DNA of 64,000 nucleotides from Nemertoderma westbladi (lineage: Eukaryota > Animalia > Xenacoelomorpha): contig JAUCBJ010009055.1 of assembly GCA_032718475.1 (NCBI GenBank), forward strand, positions 8,266-72,265, written 5' to 3'. The notes beneath the pieces were generated by a model, which saw only the letters and a program-made list of their open reading frames with translations, ran no database searches and was not told the DNA's origin. The position numbers and the translations under genes were made by a program. Below, one piece after another: positions 1 through 8,770 of the stretch. How positions within the stretch are numbered: position 1 is the stretch's first letter; the number at the start of each line of letters is the position of its first letter.

Positions 1-270
1 GAAGTTAGTAAGAGGGTACGTAGTACTGGTTAGTAAGAGTTGGTGGAGTTAGAAGTTAGTAAGAGGGTACGTAGTACCGGTTAGTAAGAGTTAGTGGAGT
101 TAGAGGTTAGTAAGAGGGTACGTAGTACCGGTTAGTATGAGGGTACGTAGTACCGGTTAGTAAGAGGGTATGTAGTACCGGTTAGTAAGAGGGTACGTAG
201 TACCGGTTAGTAAGAGGGTACGAAGTACCGGCTAGTAGGAATTAGTAGTAGAAGTTAGTAGTAGAAGGAT
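1..270. repeat. Degenerate tandem repeat, ~25-bp unit GTTAGTAAGAGGGTACGTAGTACCG with shorter GTTAGT/AGAAG sub-units; probably internal UTR repeat of the upstream LTR element
   Basis: Unit recurs about 7 times with partial copies in 1-240; plus strand is strongly purine-rich like the rest of 1-2396. Confidence 0.8.
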
Positions 271-770
271 ATGTATAATATAAATATAATGAGAGTTAGT
301 AGAGATTAGTTAGGAAGTTAGTAGAGCTAGTAGTGAGTAGCGAGAGGGGGGCACGTGGGTACAGCTGGATAAATCGTGTAGGCCACGCGACGCATACTGT
401 TGTACTGCACAAGCCCACAGAGTAGGCCAGAATGTGGATTACAAAATAGAGTAATCCACCGGCAGAATACTGATAGCACAGTAGCAGGATTAAATTAAAA
501 TAAAAATAAACTAGGATTAGAAAATTAGACAAATTATGGTAACAGTAGGAAAAAATATTCTGGAACATAATTAAAGAAACGGACAGAATTACCAAATTTA
601 GTACAATTTGACAGTTTTAGGAAATTAGGTAGGAAAATTAGGCGAGAACCCAAAATTCAGTGAGAAATAGGCCATTATGGAACTGTACAAACCATCCTAA
701 CTTTATCACTCATCTGTATTGCGCCTTGGCAAGGCACCACCTTACAGGTGAGCGATTGGGAGAGTTCGAA

Positions 771-1595
771 ATGGCGGAGAAACTTGTCCGAAAGAGAAAG
801 GCGGAGTTAGGAGGAAAGGAGATACTGGTGGATTTCACCGAGAGGCATCCGGAAGAAAAGACAAGGGGATACATCGAGCGGTTAGAGAGGGGTCACAAAG
901 CGCGAGCGCTGCAGGACCATTTCAGGGAGATGCACGAACGGCGACTGGTCGGGACCTACGGGACACCGTCGCTAGACAATGCAATCTTCGAGCATTTCCA
1001 CTATGTGGTGAAGGGAGACGAGGCGAAGTTCGGGATTCTGAAGTACGCGAAGGAGCCACCGAGAAAGGATTGGAAGAGGTTCGTAGAGTCCGTCAGCAGG
1101 GGAGGATACATGGTCCTAGACGATGAGGGGACCGTGGAAGACAAGGAAGGTTCGAGAAGAGGATCAGCGGGGTCGGCCAGAACCATACTCCTACATTTGG
1201 CCGCGCCAAATAGGGACATTTTCCTATTCGACCTGGGAACGTATGGGAAGAAGAACGGGCCGAAGTTGAACCGGTTGCCAAAGGCGGTGCAAACCCTAGT
1301 GAGAGAGAAGTCGACGACGAAGGTGTGATCGGCGATCCGCGACGATGCGGAGAGAATCAGCGGTACGGACACCCCCAACCTCCTGGATATGCAGACGGTC
1401 TACATGGCTATGACAGCACCAGACGGGTTGGGACTAGTGGAGAACGCAGGCCATTGTGGAGCGGTGGCGATGGGCCAGCTACTGGGGCTCGTGTGTCACA
1501 AGCCAATGGACTGGGGTAAGTTCAGAGAGGAGTACGGATCGGAGTTAGCGAACTCGCTAAAGTGGGGAGCGAGGCCAGATAAGACCGAGAAGTGA
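771..1595 (+). pseudogene. Disrupted DEDDy (WRN/MUT-7/RNase D-like) 3'-5' exonuclease-domain ORF in the ORF3/env position of the LTR element
   Basis: ATG 771 (gaaATGG). ORFs 660-1328 and 1389-1595 share a frame, separated by one TGA (1326-1328). Joined translation: YMVLDDEG (ExoI DxE, 1119-1127), TILLHLA...IFLFDL, LPKAVQTLVREKSTTKV*SAIRDDAERI (ExoII; stop falls at the conserved Gly of KxGxxIxxD), NLLDMQ, GQLLGLVCHK. ExoIII YxxxD not seen. Confidence 0.65.
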
Positions 1596-2387
1596 AGGGA
1601 GATAAGACCAAGGGAGCGGCAGCGGCCAGGAAACGACCAAGAGAGGAGGATGTCAGAGGGAAGGAGTTGAGATGGTTCCCGAAGTCAGGTGGAACGAACT
1701 AGAGGATGGATGTGGGATGCCTGGAAGGCACCACATGAGAAGTGCAAACTCCTAAGTAGAGAACTTAAATAACTAAAAGTGCAATTAGTATGTACGTATG
1801 TAACAATCATTAGTTAGTCGATAAGTAAATATAATCAAAGTAAGTACTATAGTCATATGACCTTTTTTCCAATTAGCTACTGGGACTGGGGACCAATTGA
1901 CTATGACGGACGAGACATTGGACGACTTCACACTTCTTGAGTGCGACGGCATGAAAGGGGAGGGTGAGGCCCGTCGGGAGAAAGTGAGTTGAGAAGGGGG
2001 TTGAGTACGGAACTAGCGGAGAGAGTGTGGGTGCAATTCGAGCGTGGGGGGGGGGGGGGGAGAAGCGAGAAGCAGAGTGAGGGACAGGAAGGTCCGGGAG
2101 ATAGGATGAAAGAAAGTTAGAGTCAGTTAAGAGGGGAGAGAGTGTTGGGGAAACAAAAATCGTGTGAGAGAAAGCCACGATCGGCCCGACACGGGACGCC
2201 AGATGTCTTGGCGCAAGATAGATAAAGTTGCCCCAAGATGGGGTAGCGATATCATACCCATAGGGAGCAGCCTGGAAAGCCGGCTCCGCGAAAAATAACT
2301 CCACCCCACACCCGATAGTAAATCGGGATCCAGCGGAATTGTAGCGCACTAGAGGTGGATGCTATCTTCTCACCGGGAAGATAGCAT

Positions 2388-2396
2388 GGGGGGGAG
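2388..2396 (+). other. Polypurine tract of the upstream LTR element
   Basis: GGGGGGGAG immediately 5' of the TGT LTR start; same pattern as the PPT at 8283-8290. Confidence 0.7.
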
Positions 2397-2967
2397 TGTT
2401 AGCGTATTCAATTCCGCTAACCACCCCACAAAGTAGGGCAAGCGGCACCTTTAAGCAATATTGGGGAGTACGAGGTTGATTGCCAATCAACCTCGTATCA
2501 CCCCAATAAACGGGGACGACAAACCCCAAAGGGACACACACAAAGGGGGTCAGAGGTTACACCTCCGGGAGAGAGAGAGTGACAGTAGCAGGGGGAGGGC
2601 ACTCCCAGAGAGGTGGGAGGCGAGAATTGGGTTATTAGCCAATGGGGGGCAGGCATCCGCTGAGTAATGTAATACGGCCAACCCAGTGCAGAATATTATC
2701 AGTTGGTGTTTCCCATATTATTCACTTAGTTAGTCAGTTCAGTTAGGGCTGAACGGTAACTTTTATTACCGTCCATTACCGCCACCATTCACTTATTTTA
2801 CCAGCAGTATTCAGCTTATCAATTAACTGTGCCTATACTTTATCCTTTACTCTATTATATTTATATACATATTAATCAACAAGATCAGAACTCTCAACAA
2901 ACTTTTTTCACACACGGCGGGGACGCGTAAATATAACAACCAGTCGGGATCCCCGGATCCCGTCACA
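2397..2967 (+). repeat. Putative 3' LTR (~571 bp, TGT...ACA)
   Basis: Starts TGTTAGCG after the PPT and ends CGTCACA at a sharp boundary with a 13-bp minisatellite; AT-rich TATA-like tract ~2853-2872. Partner LTR not in the window. Confidence 0.65.
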
Positions 2968-3177
2968 TCCCTAGCTAATCTCCCTAGCTAATCTCCCTAG
3001 CTAACCTCCCTAGCTAATCTCCCTAGCTAATCTCCCTAGCTAATCGCCCTAGCTAACCTCCCTAGCTAATCTCCCTAGCTAACCTCCCAAGTTAACCTCC
3101 CTAGGTAACCTCCCTAGCTAATCTCCCAAGCTAACCTCCCAAGCTAACCTCCCTAGCTAACCTCCCTAGCTAACCTC
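2968..3177. repeat. 13-bp minisatellite TCCCTAGCTAA(T/C)C, ~16 copies
   Basis: Direct reading of tandem units. Confidence 0.95.
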
Positions 3178-3238
3178 TTGTATTCTTGTATAGTTTTAAG
3201 GTTAAAATTAACATTAAAGCATTAGATTTAAATTAACA

Positions 3239-3395
3239 TTAAAGCCTGGGCGGTCTTCTCGCTTATGGCCCCCATAAGTGCAGTTAAAGCCTGGGCGGTC
3301 TTCTCGCTTATGGCCCCCATAAGTGCAGTTAAAGCCTGGGCGGTCTTCTCGCTTATGGCCCCCATAAGTGCAGTTAAAGCCTGGGCGGTCTTCTC
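3239..3395. repeat. 45-bp tandem repeat, 3.5 identical copies
   Basis: TTAAAGCCTGGGCGGTCTTCTCGCTTATGGCCCCCATAAGTGCAG starts at 3239, 3284 and 3329, with a partial copy at 3374. Confidence 0.95.
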
Positions 3396-3661
3396 CCCTT
3401 TTATAATTACTTATAATTTAGTGCATGCATAATTGATTATGTTTATCGCATGAATGTTTATTTTACCATGGTCTGAGTGTTGATAATAATAATAATAATA
3501 AATATAAAAGGCACTAAAGAATTAGAAAATAAATAAATATTCATTCATATGATGTGAGAGTAAAAAATATGTATTATAATATTAATTATATACTGCTGTA
3601 AGATGCACTAAAAATGGTAATGGAATTATAAATATATATACATATGATTTGAGAGTAAAAA

Positions 3662-4112
3662 TGTAGTGCATGCCAAATAGTCAAGGAAGCTTAGAAATAA
3701 TTTAATCACAAAATCAAATTTAGTATTTTCATAAAATTGTTAGTCGAGACATTTTACCTATCTTTCTACAAAGCAAAACACCTTATTTATTTACTTAAGA
3801 TACAGCATGTTGATTTCATGTGCAAAACAGATGTAGTCTCAATAATAGCCCTGATACAGTAGATGTCAATTAAACAGATATTTATCAGAGTGACATCTCA
3901 CATGTCTGCTGCAAGAAACCACTAACACTAGCTTGCTAAAATACTGCATGTAACTTTCATTAGAGAGAGAGAGAAAGAGAAATAGAATAGATTTAATTAC
4001 CGGTAAAGTTATATTTGGAGACCGTAATAATTAGTTGAAAGTTAGACATTAAAAACCAGAACCAAAACTATATTATTTTCATCATAACAAAGACAACGTC
4101 CAAACCTTTACA
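3662..4112 (+). repeat. 5' LTR (451 bp)
   Basis: TGTAGTGCATG...CCTTTACA; direct repeat of 8294-8744 with two substitutions seen by eye. Confidence 0.97.
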
Positions 4113-4113
4113 T

Positions 4114-4125
4114 TGGTGACCCGGA
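4114..4125 (+). other. Primer binding site, tRNA-Trp-like
   Basis: TGGTGACCCGGA 1 nt after the LTR; close to the complement of the metazoan tRNA-Trp 3' end (TGGTGACCCCGA), the primer known for CsRn1-clade elements. Confidence 0.8.
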
Positions 4126-4213
4126 TCTTGGACCTTATTACTACTACCTTCAACTCCAGATGGGAAAAACTCTCTCGAAACTCAGTCACTGATTACCTCT
4201 TATCGAATACATC

Positions 4214-5026
4214 ATGGATGGTGACGGCGAAAATGTTGGTAACGCTGTAAACGTCGCTCGCGTTTCCGTTAAACCCCCGGTGTTCTTCCGTTCTAACCCC
4301 AGCGTTTGGTTCAGAATGTTGGAATCCCACTTTACATTAGCCAACATTACAAGCGAGGTAACCAAATTTCACCACGTTATGGCGAATTTGCCAGAAGACG
4401 TCGCTTTAAACATTTCCACGGACATTCAATCATATGACGATATTAAATCTACCATTCTCCAACTCTATCAGAAATCGAAAACTGAATTATTGGAGGAAGC
4501 CCTTGGACAGGTAACTTTAGACGGCCAAAAGCCCTCCTTAGTGTATCTGCGTATAAAAAGAAAATTACGAGAATGTAACTTAACGGCGGATGACGACCTA
4601 GTTCGGCACAAACTCTTACAAGCACTTCCAGTATCGGTGCGTTCTGCTTTGATTGCTCATCAGGGTCTACCACCCGAAGATTTCGCAACACTGGCGGACA
4701 CCATCCTCCAATTTACAAGTGGAATCCCTCAACCAAGTACTTCATATGATGTCGCCAGAGTTCAACACCCAAACTATGTTAATACCAGTGGTGATGTTTA
4801 CAGAGGTGTTAGCAACACTTACAGAGCAAGAGCACCCTACCCTGTCACTTCTACCTCAAAAGTCGGAGCTATATTCCCGTTCAGCGAAGGGCAACGTCCA
4901 AAAATCTGCCGATACCATGTATATTATGGAACAAAAGCGAATACATGCACGCCATGGTGTCTTTGGCCGGGAGAAAAACCGCGTCGAATGCAACCATCTT
5001 CCCGACCAAACTCACGCCCTGCATAG
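4214..5026 (+). CDS. gag: Gag-like protein with CHCC zinc knuckle; likely ancestral end at TAA 5069-5071
   Basis: 270-aa ORF after the PBS; N-terminal KPPVFFRSNPSVWFRMLESHF motif; CRYHVYYGTKANTCTPWC fits C-X2-H-X9-C-X3-C. Confidence 0.9.
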   Translation: MDGDGENVGNAVNVARVSVKPPVFFRSNPSVWFRMLESHFTLANITSEVTKFHHVMANLPEDVALNISTDIQSYDDIKSTILQLYQKSKTELLEEALGQVTLDGQKPSLVYLRIKRKLRECNLTADDDLVRHKLLQALPVSVRSALIAHQGLPPEDFATLADTILQFTSGIPQPSTSYDVARVQHPNYVNTSGDVYRGVSNTYRARAPYPVTSTSKVGAIFPFSEGQRPKICRYHVYYGTKANTCTPWCLWPGEKPRRMQPSSRPNSRPA

Positions 5027-5061
5027 TGCTCGACATCTCCTTCCCCTGATACCCAGGGGCA

Positions 5062-5134
5062 GGAAAACTAACTGCCCTCAGAACATTTGCTGCTAGTTCT
5101 GAGGGAGCTGCCGTTTTCAAATTAACCGCAGCAA
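5062..5134 (+). promoter_or_regulatory. Predicted -1 ribosomal frameshift signal (G_GAA_AAC plus H-type pseudoknot)
   Basis: Heptamer 5062-5068, 6-nt spacer, stem 1 CCCTCAGAAC (5075-5084)/GTTCTGAGGG (5096-5105), stem 2 TTGCTGC (5087-5093)/GCAGCAA (5128-5134); pol is in the -1 frame. Confidence 0.75.
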
Positions 5135-8100
5135 TAAACCATATAAACAACAGCCACCAATCCTTATCTTTTCTTATAGACACCGGCTCACAAGTATCCA
5201 TACTAAAACCTTCCTCGTTTATTAGAAGCTTACTATGGGACAATACTGATGCAAAACTCACAGCAATTTCAGGCAATAACATACATGTCCATGGAAAAGT
5301 TCATGTCCGAATTAATTTCCTCCGACGAGAATTTCCGTGGATATTTTATGTTGCCGACGTTGAAGAAAACATTTTGGGATTGGATTTCTTATCAAATTAT
5401 GACATGCTATTGGACTGCAAAAATAAACTAATCGTGGATAATTATACAAAACTGAAATGCAATCTCAATCCAACAACATCGAAAAGTCTATCTATATTCA
5501 AAGTGGAAATCGACCACCCTGATTCAACATTATCCAGTCTTTTCAAAGAACATTCTAAGTTATTTGATTATGATATTATTCATACTGACACACCTCCACA
5601 CAATACTGTGCATCGAATTATCACCAACCAATGCCAACCCACATACGCAAAGCCACGTCAACTTAGTGGGACCAAACTAATAATTGCTCAACAAGTTTTC
5701 GCGGATATGCGTTCTCGTGGTATAATACGCCCTTCAAGTAGTCCCTGGGCGTCACCATTACATATGGTACCAAAGGTGGGGAGTACTGATAATTGGCGTC
5801 CATGTGGAGACTATAGAGCTTTGAACCGCATTACACAAAGTGATAAATATCCGCTGCCGAACATACAGCATTTTAATAGCAAACTGAAAGGCTCGACAGT
5901 TTTCAGCTCCATTGATCTCGTTAAAGCATATCATCAAATTCCTGTGGCAGAGGAAGATATTCCAAAGACAGCTATTACAACCCCTTTTGGTCTCTTTGAA
6001 TTTTTGCGGATGCCCTATGGTCTTAAAAACGCCGCACAAACTTTTCAAAGGGATATACATGAAGTACTCGGAGATTTGGAATTTGTATTTCCTTTTCTCG
6101 ATGATATTATGATACACTCTACGGATATATCAACTCATTACATTCACCTAAGAAAGGTATTTGAACGTTTAACTCAGCACAACCTGCAAATAAACTTTGC
6201 CAAGTGCCAATGGGTACAACCATCAATCTTATTTCTTGGATTCTTAGTGACGACCGACGGTATTTTACCTCCACCTGAACGAGTTAAATCCCTTGTCGAT
6301 ATGCCAGAACCACGTAGCTATACTGAGTTACGACGGGTTCTGGGAATGTTTGGATTCTATAGACGACATATACCTTATTTCAGTCAGATTGTAGCACCCC
6401 TTCAATCTCTCTTAAACAAAACTCAACCACTGAAACGTAAACAACCACAACGAAACTTCAATGAAGGTGAATGGACATCGGAACACAAAGAAACTTTCCA
6501 GAAGTTGAAAAACTCGTTATCTAACGCAGTTTTATTATATCATCCTTCATCAGAGGATTGTAAGCTGATTCTAACCACTGATGCTTCAAAGGACGCTATC
6601 GCAGCTTCACTTCACGAAGTAATATCAGAAGAAGAATCAGTCCCCATTGCATTTTACTCTCGACGATTAACACCAAATGAAACCTCATGGTCAACCTTTG
6701 ATCGAGAATTACTTGCGGCATATCAAGCTACAGTGCACTTCCGCAGTAACTTAGAAGGCCGACAGGTTACTATATTCACAGACCACAAACCACTTACGTC
6801 TGCATTCAACAAACCATCGAGCATTTCTCCTAGACAAAACCGCCAGCTTTCATTCCTTTCTGAATACATTGACTCCATTGAATACATTGCAGGAGAAAGT
6901 AACATAGTCGCTGATACTTTATCACGTCAAATCGCTTCAATTAGTATTGATTCTTTTGGATTGGAAGATATTGCCTCTCAACAGTCAGCCAATTTAATCC
7001 TTCCTGAAGAGCATTCGCTAAATATTAAAATATTTCCATTAGCAAATGGTAAAGTTATTAAGTGCGACGTAACTACTGCATACCCTAGACCCATCCTACC
7101 GGATTCATGTAGACGAACAGTATTTAACGAACTACACAACATGTCACATCCAGGAATTAAATCGACCATACGTATAATAACTGATCGTTATATTTGGCCA
7201 AATGCTAAACGCGACATAGTGGAATGGTGTAAATTGTGCACATCTTGTCAAGCAAGTAAAGTAATACAACACACAAAAACACCCCTAACACCATTTCCTT
7301 TGGCACCACGTTTTACACATATCCATTCAGATATCATTGGTCCACTAGACATGGGTGAGCACCAATATCGACACGTAGTAACGTTCATAGATCGACACAC
7401 TGGGTGGGTAGAAGCAGAGCCAGTTACGTCAATCACAGCTGTTGCCACAGCGACTGCATTTATAAAAGTCTGGTTTTCTCGATTTGGAGTGCCCCTTTAC
7501 CTCACAAAAGATCGCGGTGGTCAATTTGAATCTGAATTACTAGCTGAACTCTCTAAGCTGATTGGTTTCCACCGTATGCGTACCACATCTTACCACCCCC
7601 AGAGTAACGGAAAAATAGAACGATTCCATAAAGTTTTAAAGGCTGCACTCAAAGCACGGAAATCAGATTGGTTAGAGTCCTTACCAATAGTTATTTTCAG
7701 TCACAGAATAACGCCATCTAGCGTTACTAATGTATCTCCATTTGAATTGGTAACGGGAACACAGCCGTTGTTGCCAGCTTGTTTACTAACTACTAAAGAT
7801 ACAACTTTTAATTATGACTTTGTAAAGACACTTCACAAGCATATAACGGAAATAGGATTTGCTGTAGACAGTAAAGCTACTGATTACCAAGAGAGCAACC
7901 CAAAGTTGAAAACATACTTACCACCACAATTAAGGACTTGTGACAAAGTTTTCGTTAGAATCGATCGGGTCCGCAAACCATTAGAAGCGCCTTACCAAGG
8001 ACCATTTACAGTTCTCAGCAGAACGGATAAACATTTCTGTATCGAAACTCTTAGAGGAGAACAACGAATATCAATCGACCGCTTAAAACCTTGTTATACC

Positions 8101-8253
8101 GGTAACGTTAATAAGAAACCCCCTCCAACCAAGAAACTAAAACCTCATAAGATATTACATAGTAACACTAACAAAGAAAATATCTCACAATCTCAACCGC
8201 GAAACATCATTACTACTAGAAGCGGAAAGCGAGTACATTTCTTTGACTCTTAG
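5062..8253 (+). CDS. pol: Pol polyprotein (aspartic protease, reverse transcriptase, RNase H, integrase), frameshift-expressed
   Basis: Frame is open from 5050 to 8253, extending the track ORF upstream. FLIDTGSQVSI (DTG 5179-5187), ILGLDFL; RT WRPCGDYRALN, MPYGLKNAAQTFQ, FLDD; RNase H TDAS, DRELLA, TDHKPL; integrase HHCC, D-D-E core and GPF motif. No chromodomain or env. Confidence 0.95.
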   Translation, partial: GKLTALRTFAASSEGAAVFKLTAAINHINNSHQSLSFLIDTGSQVSILKPSSFIRSLLWDNTDAKLTAISGNNIHVHGKVHVRINFLRREFPWIFYVADVEENILGLDFLSNYDMLLDCKNKLIVDNYTKLKCNLNPTTSKSLSIFKVEIDHPDSTLSSLFKEHSKLFDYDIIHTDTPPHNTVHRIITNQCQPTYAKPRQLSGTKLIIAQQVFADMRSRGIIRPSSSPWASPLHMVPKVGSTDNWRPCGDYRALNRITQSDKYPLPNIQHFNSKLKGSTVFSSIDLVKAYHQIPVAEEDIPKTAITTPFGLFEFLRMPYGLKNAAQTFQRDIHEVLGDLEFVFPFLDDIMIHSTDISTHYIHLRKVFERLTQHNLQINFAKCQWVQPSILFLGFLVTTDGILPPPERVKSLVDMPEPRSYTELRRVLGMFGFYRRHIPYFSQIVAPLQSLLNKTQPLKRKQPQRNFNEGEWTSEHKETFQKLKNSLSNAVLLYHPSSEDCKLILTTDASKDAIAASLHEVISEEESVPIAFYSRRLTPNETSWSTFDRELLAAYQATVHFRSNLEGRQVTIFTDHKPLTSAFNKPSSISPRQNRQLSFLSEYIDSIEYIAGESNIVADTLSRQIASISIDSFGLEDIASQQSANLILPEEHSLNIKIFPLANGKVIKCDVTTAYPRPILPDSCRRTVFNELHNMSHPGIKSTIRIITDRYIWPNAKRDIVEWCKLCTSCQASKVIQHTKTPLTPFPLAPRFTHIHSDIIGPLDMGEHQYRHVVTFIDRHTGWVEAEPVTSITAVATATAFIKVWFSRFGVPLYLTKDRGGQFESELLAELSKLIGFHRMRTTSYHPQSNGKIERFHKVLKAALKARKSDWLESLPIVIFSHRITPSSVTNVSPFELVTGTQPLLPACLLTTKDTTFNYDFVKTLHKHITEIGFAVDSKATDYQESNPKLKTYLPPQLRTCDKVFVRIDRVRKPLEAPYQGPFTVLSRTDKHFCIETLRGEQRISIDRLKPCYTGNVNKKPPPTKKLKPHKILHSNTNKENISQSQPRNIITTRSGKRVHFFDS

Positions 8254-8282
8254 TTTTAGTTATTCTTATTCCATAACTTAAT

Positions 8283-8290
8283 GGGGGGAG
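8283..8290 (+). other. Polypurine tract
   Basis: GGGGGGAG 3 nt before the 3' LTR. Confidence 0.9.
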
Positions 8291-8293
8291 ATG

Positions 8294-8744
8294 TGTAGTG
8301 CATGCCGAATAGTCAAGGAAGCTTAGAAATAATTTAATCACAAAATCAAATTTAGTATTTTCATAAAATTGTTAGTCGAGACATTTTACCTATCTTTCTA
8401 CAAAGCAAAACACCTTATTTATTTACTTAAGATACAGCATGTTGATTTCATGTGCAAAACAGATGTAGTCTCAATAATAGCCCTGATACAGTAGATGTCA
8501 ATTAAACAGATATTTATCAGAGTGACATCTCACATGTCTGCTGCAAGAAACCACTAACACTAGCTTGCTTAAATACTGCATGTAACTTTCATTAGAGAGA
8601 GAGAGAAAGAGAAATAGAATAGATTTAATTACCGGTAAAGTTATATTTGGAGACCGTAATAATTAGTTGAAAGTTAGACATTAAAAACCAGAACCAAAAC
8701 TATATTATTTTCATCATAACAAAGACAACGTCCAAACCTTTACA
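8294..8744 (+). repeat. 3' LTR (451 bp)
   Basis: Direct repeat of 3662-4112. Confidence 0.97.
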
Positions 8745-8770
8745 AAAACACATTGTTGTGTTTGAGGACA

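Larger units (their letters stand above)
1..2967 (+). mobile_element. 3' portion of an LTR retrotransposon (extra ORF, 3' UTR, PPT, 3' LTR); the 5' part would lie upstream of the window
   Basis: PPT GGGGGGGAG (2388-2396) abuts TGTTAG at 2397; segment ends in ...GTCACA at 2967, followed by unrelated minisatellite and no PBS; A/G-rich plus strand. No gag/pol and no second LTR inside the window. Confidence 0.7.
3662..8744 (+). mobile_element. Full-length Ty3/Gypsy LTR retrotransposon, CsRn1/Kabuki/Boudicca-like clade (~5.08 kb)
   Basis: Two 451-bp TG...CA LTRs, PBS, gag with C-X2-H-X9-C-X3-C motif, pol in PR-RT-RH-IN order, PPT, AAAA on both flanks (possible 4-bp TSD). Confidence 0.96.

Noticed and set aside
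1873-2349. Antisense 158-aa ORF (also 296-595 minus and 10332-10664 minus)
   Set aside because: Non-ATG starts, composition driven by strand bias or AT richness, and no recognisable motif.
4449-7448. Small overlapping or antisense ORFs within gag-pol
   Set aside because: Shadow frames of the retrotransposon genes.
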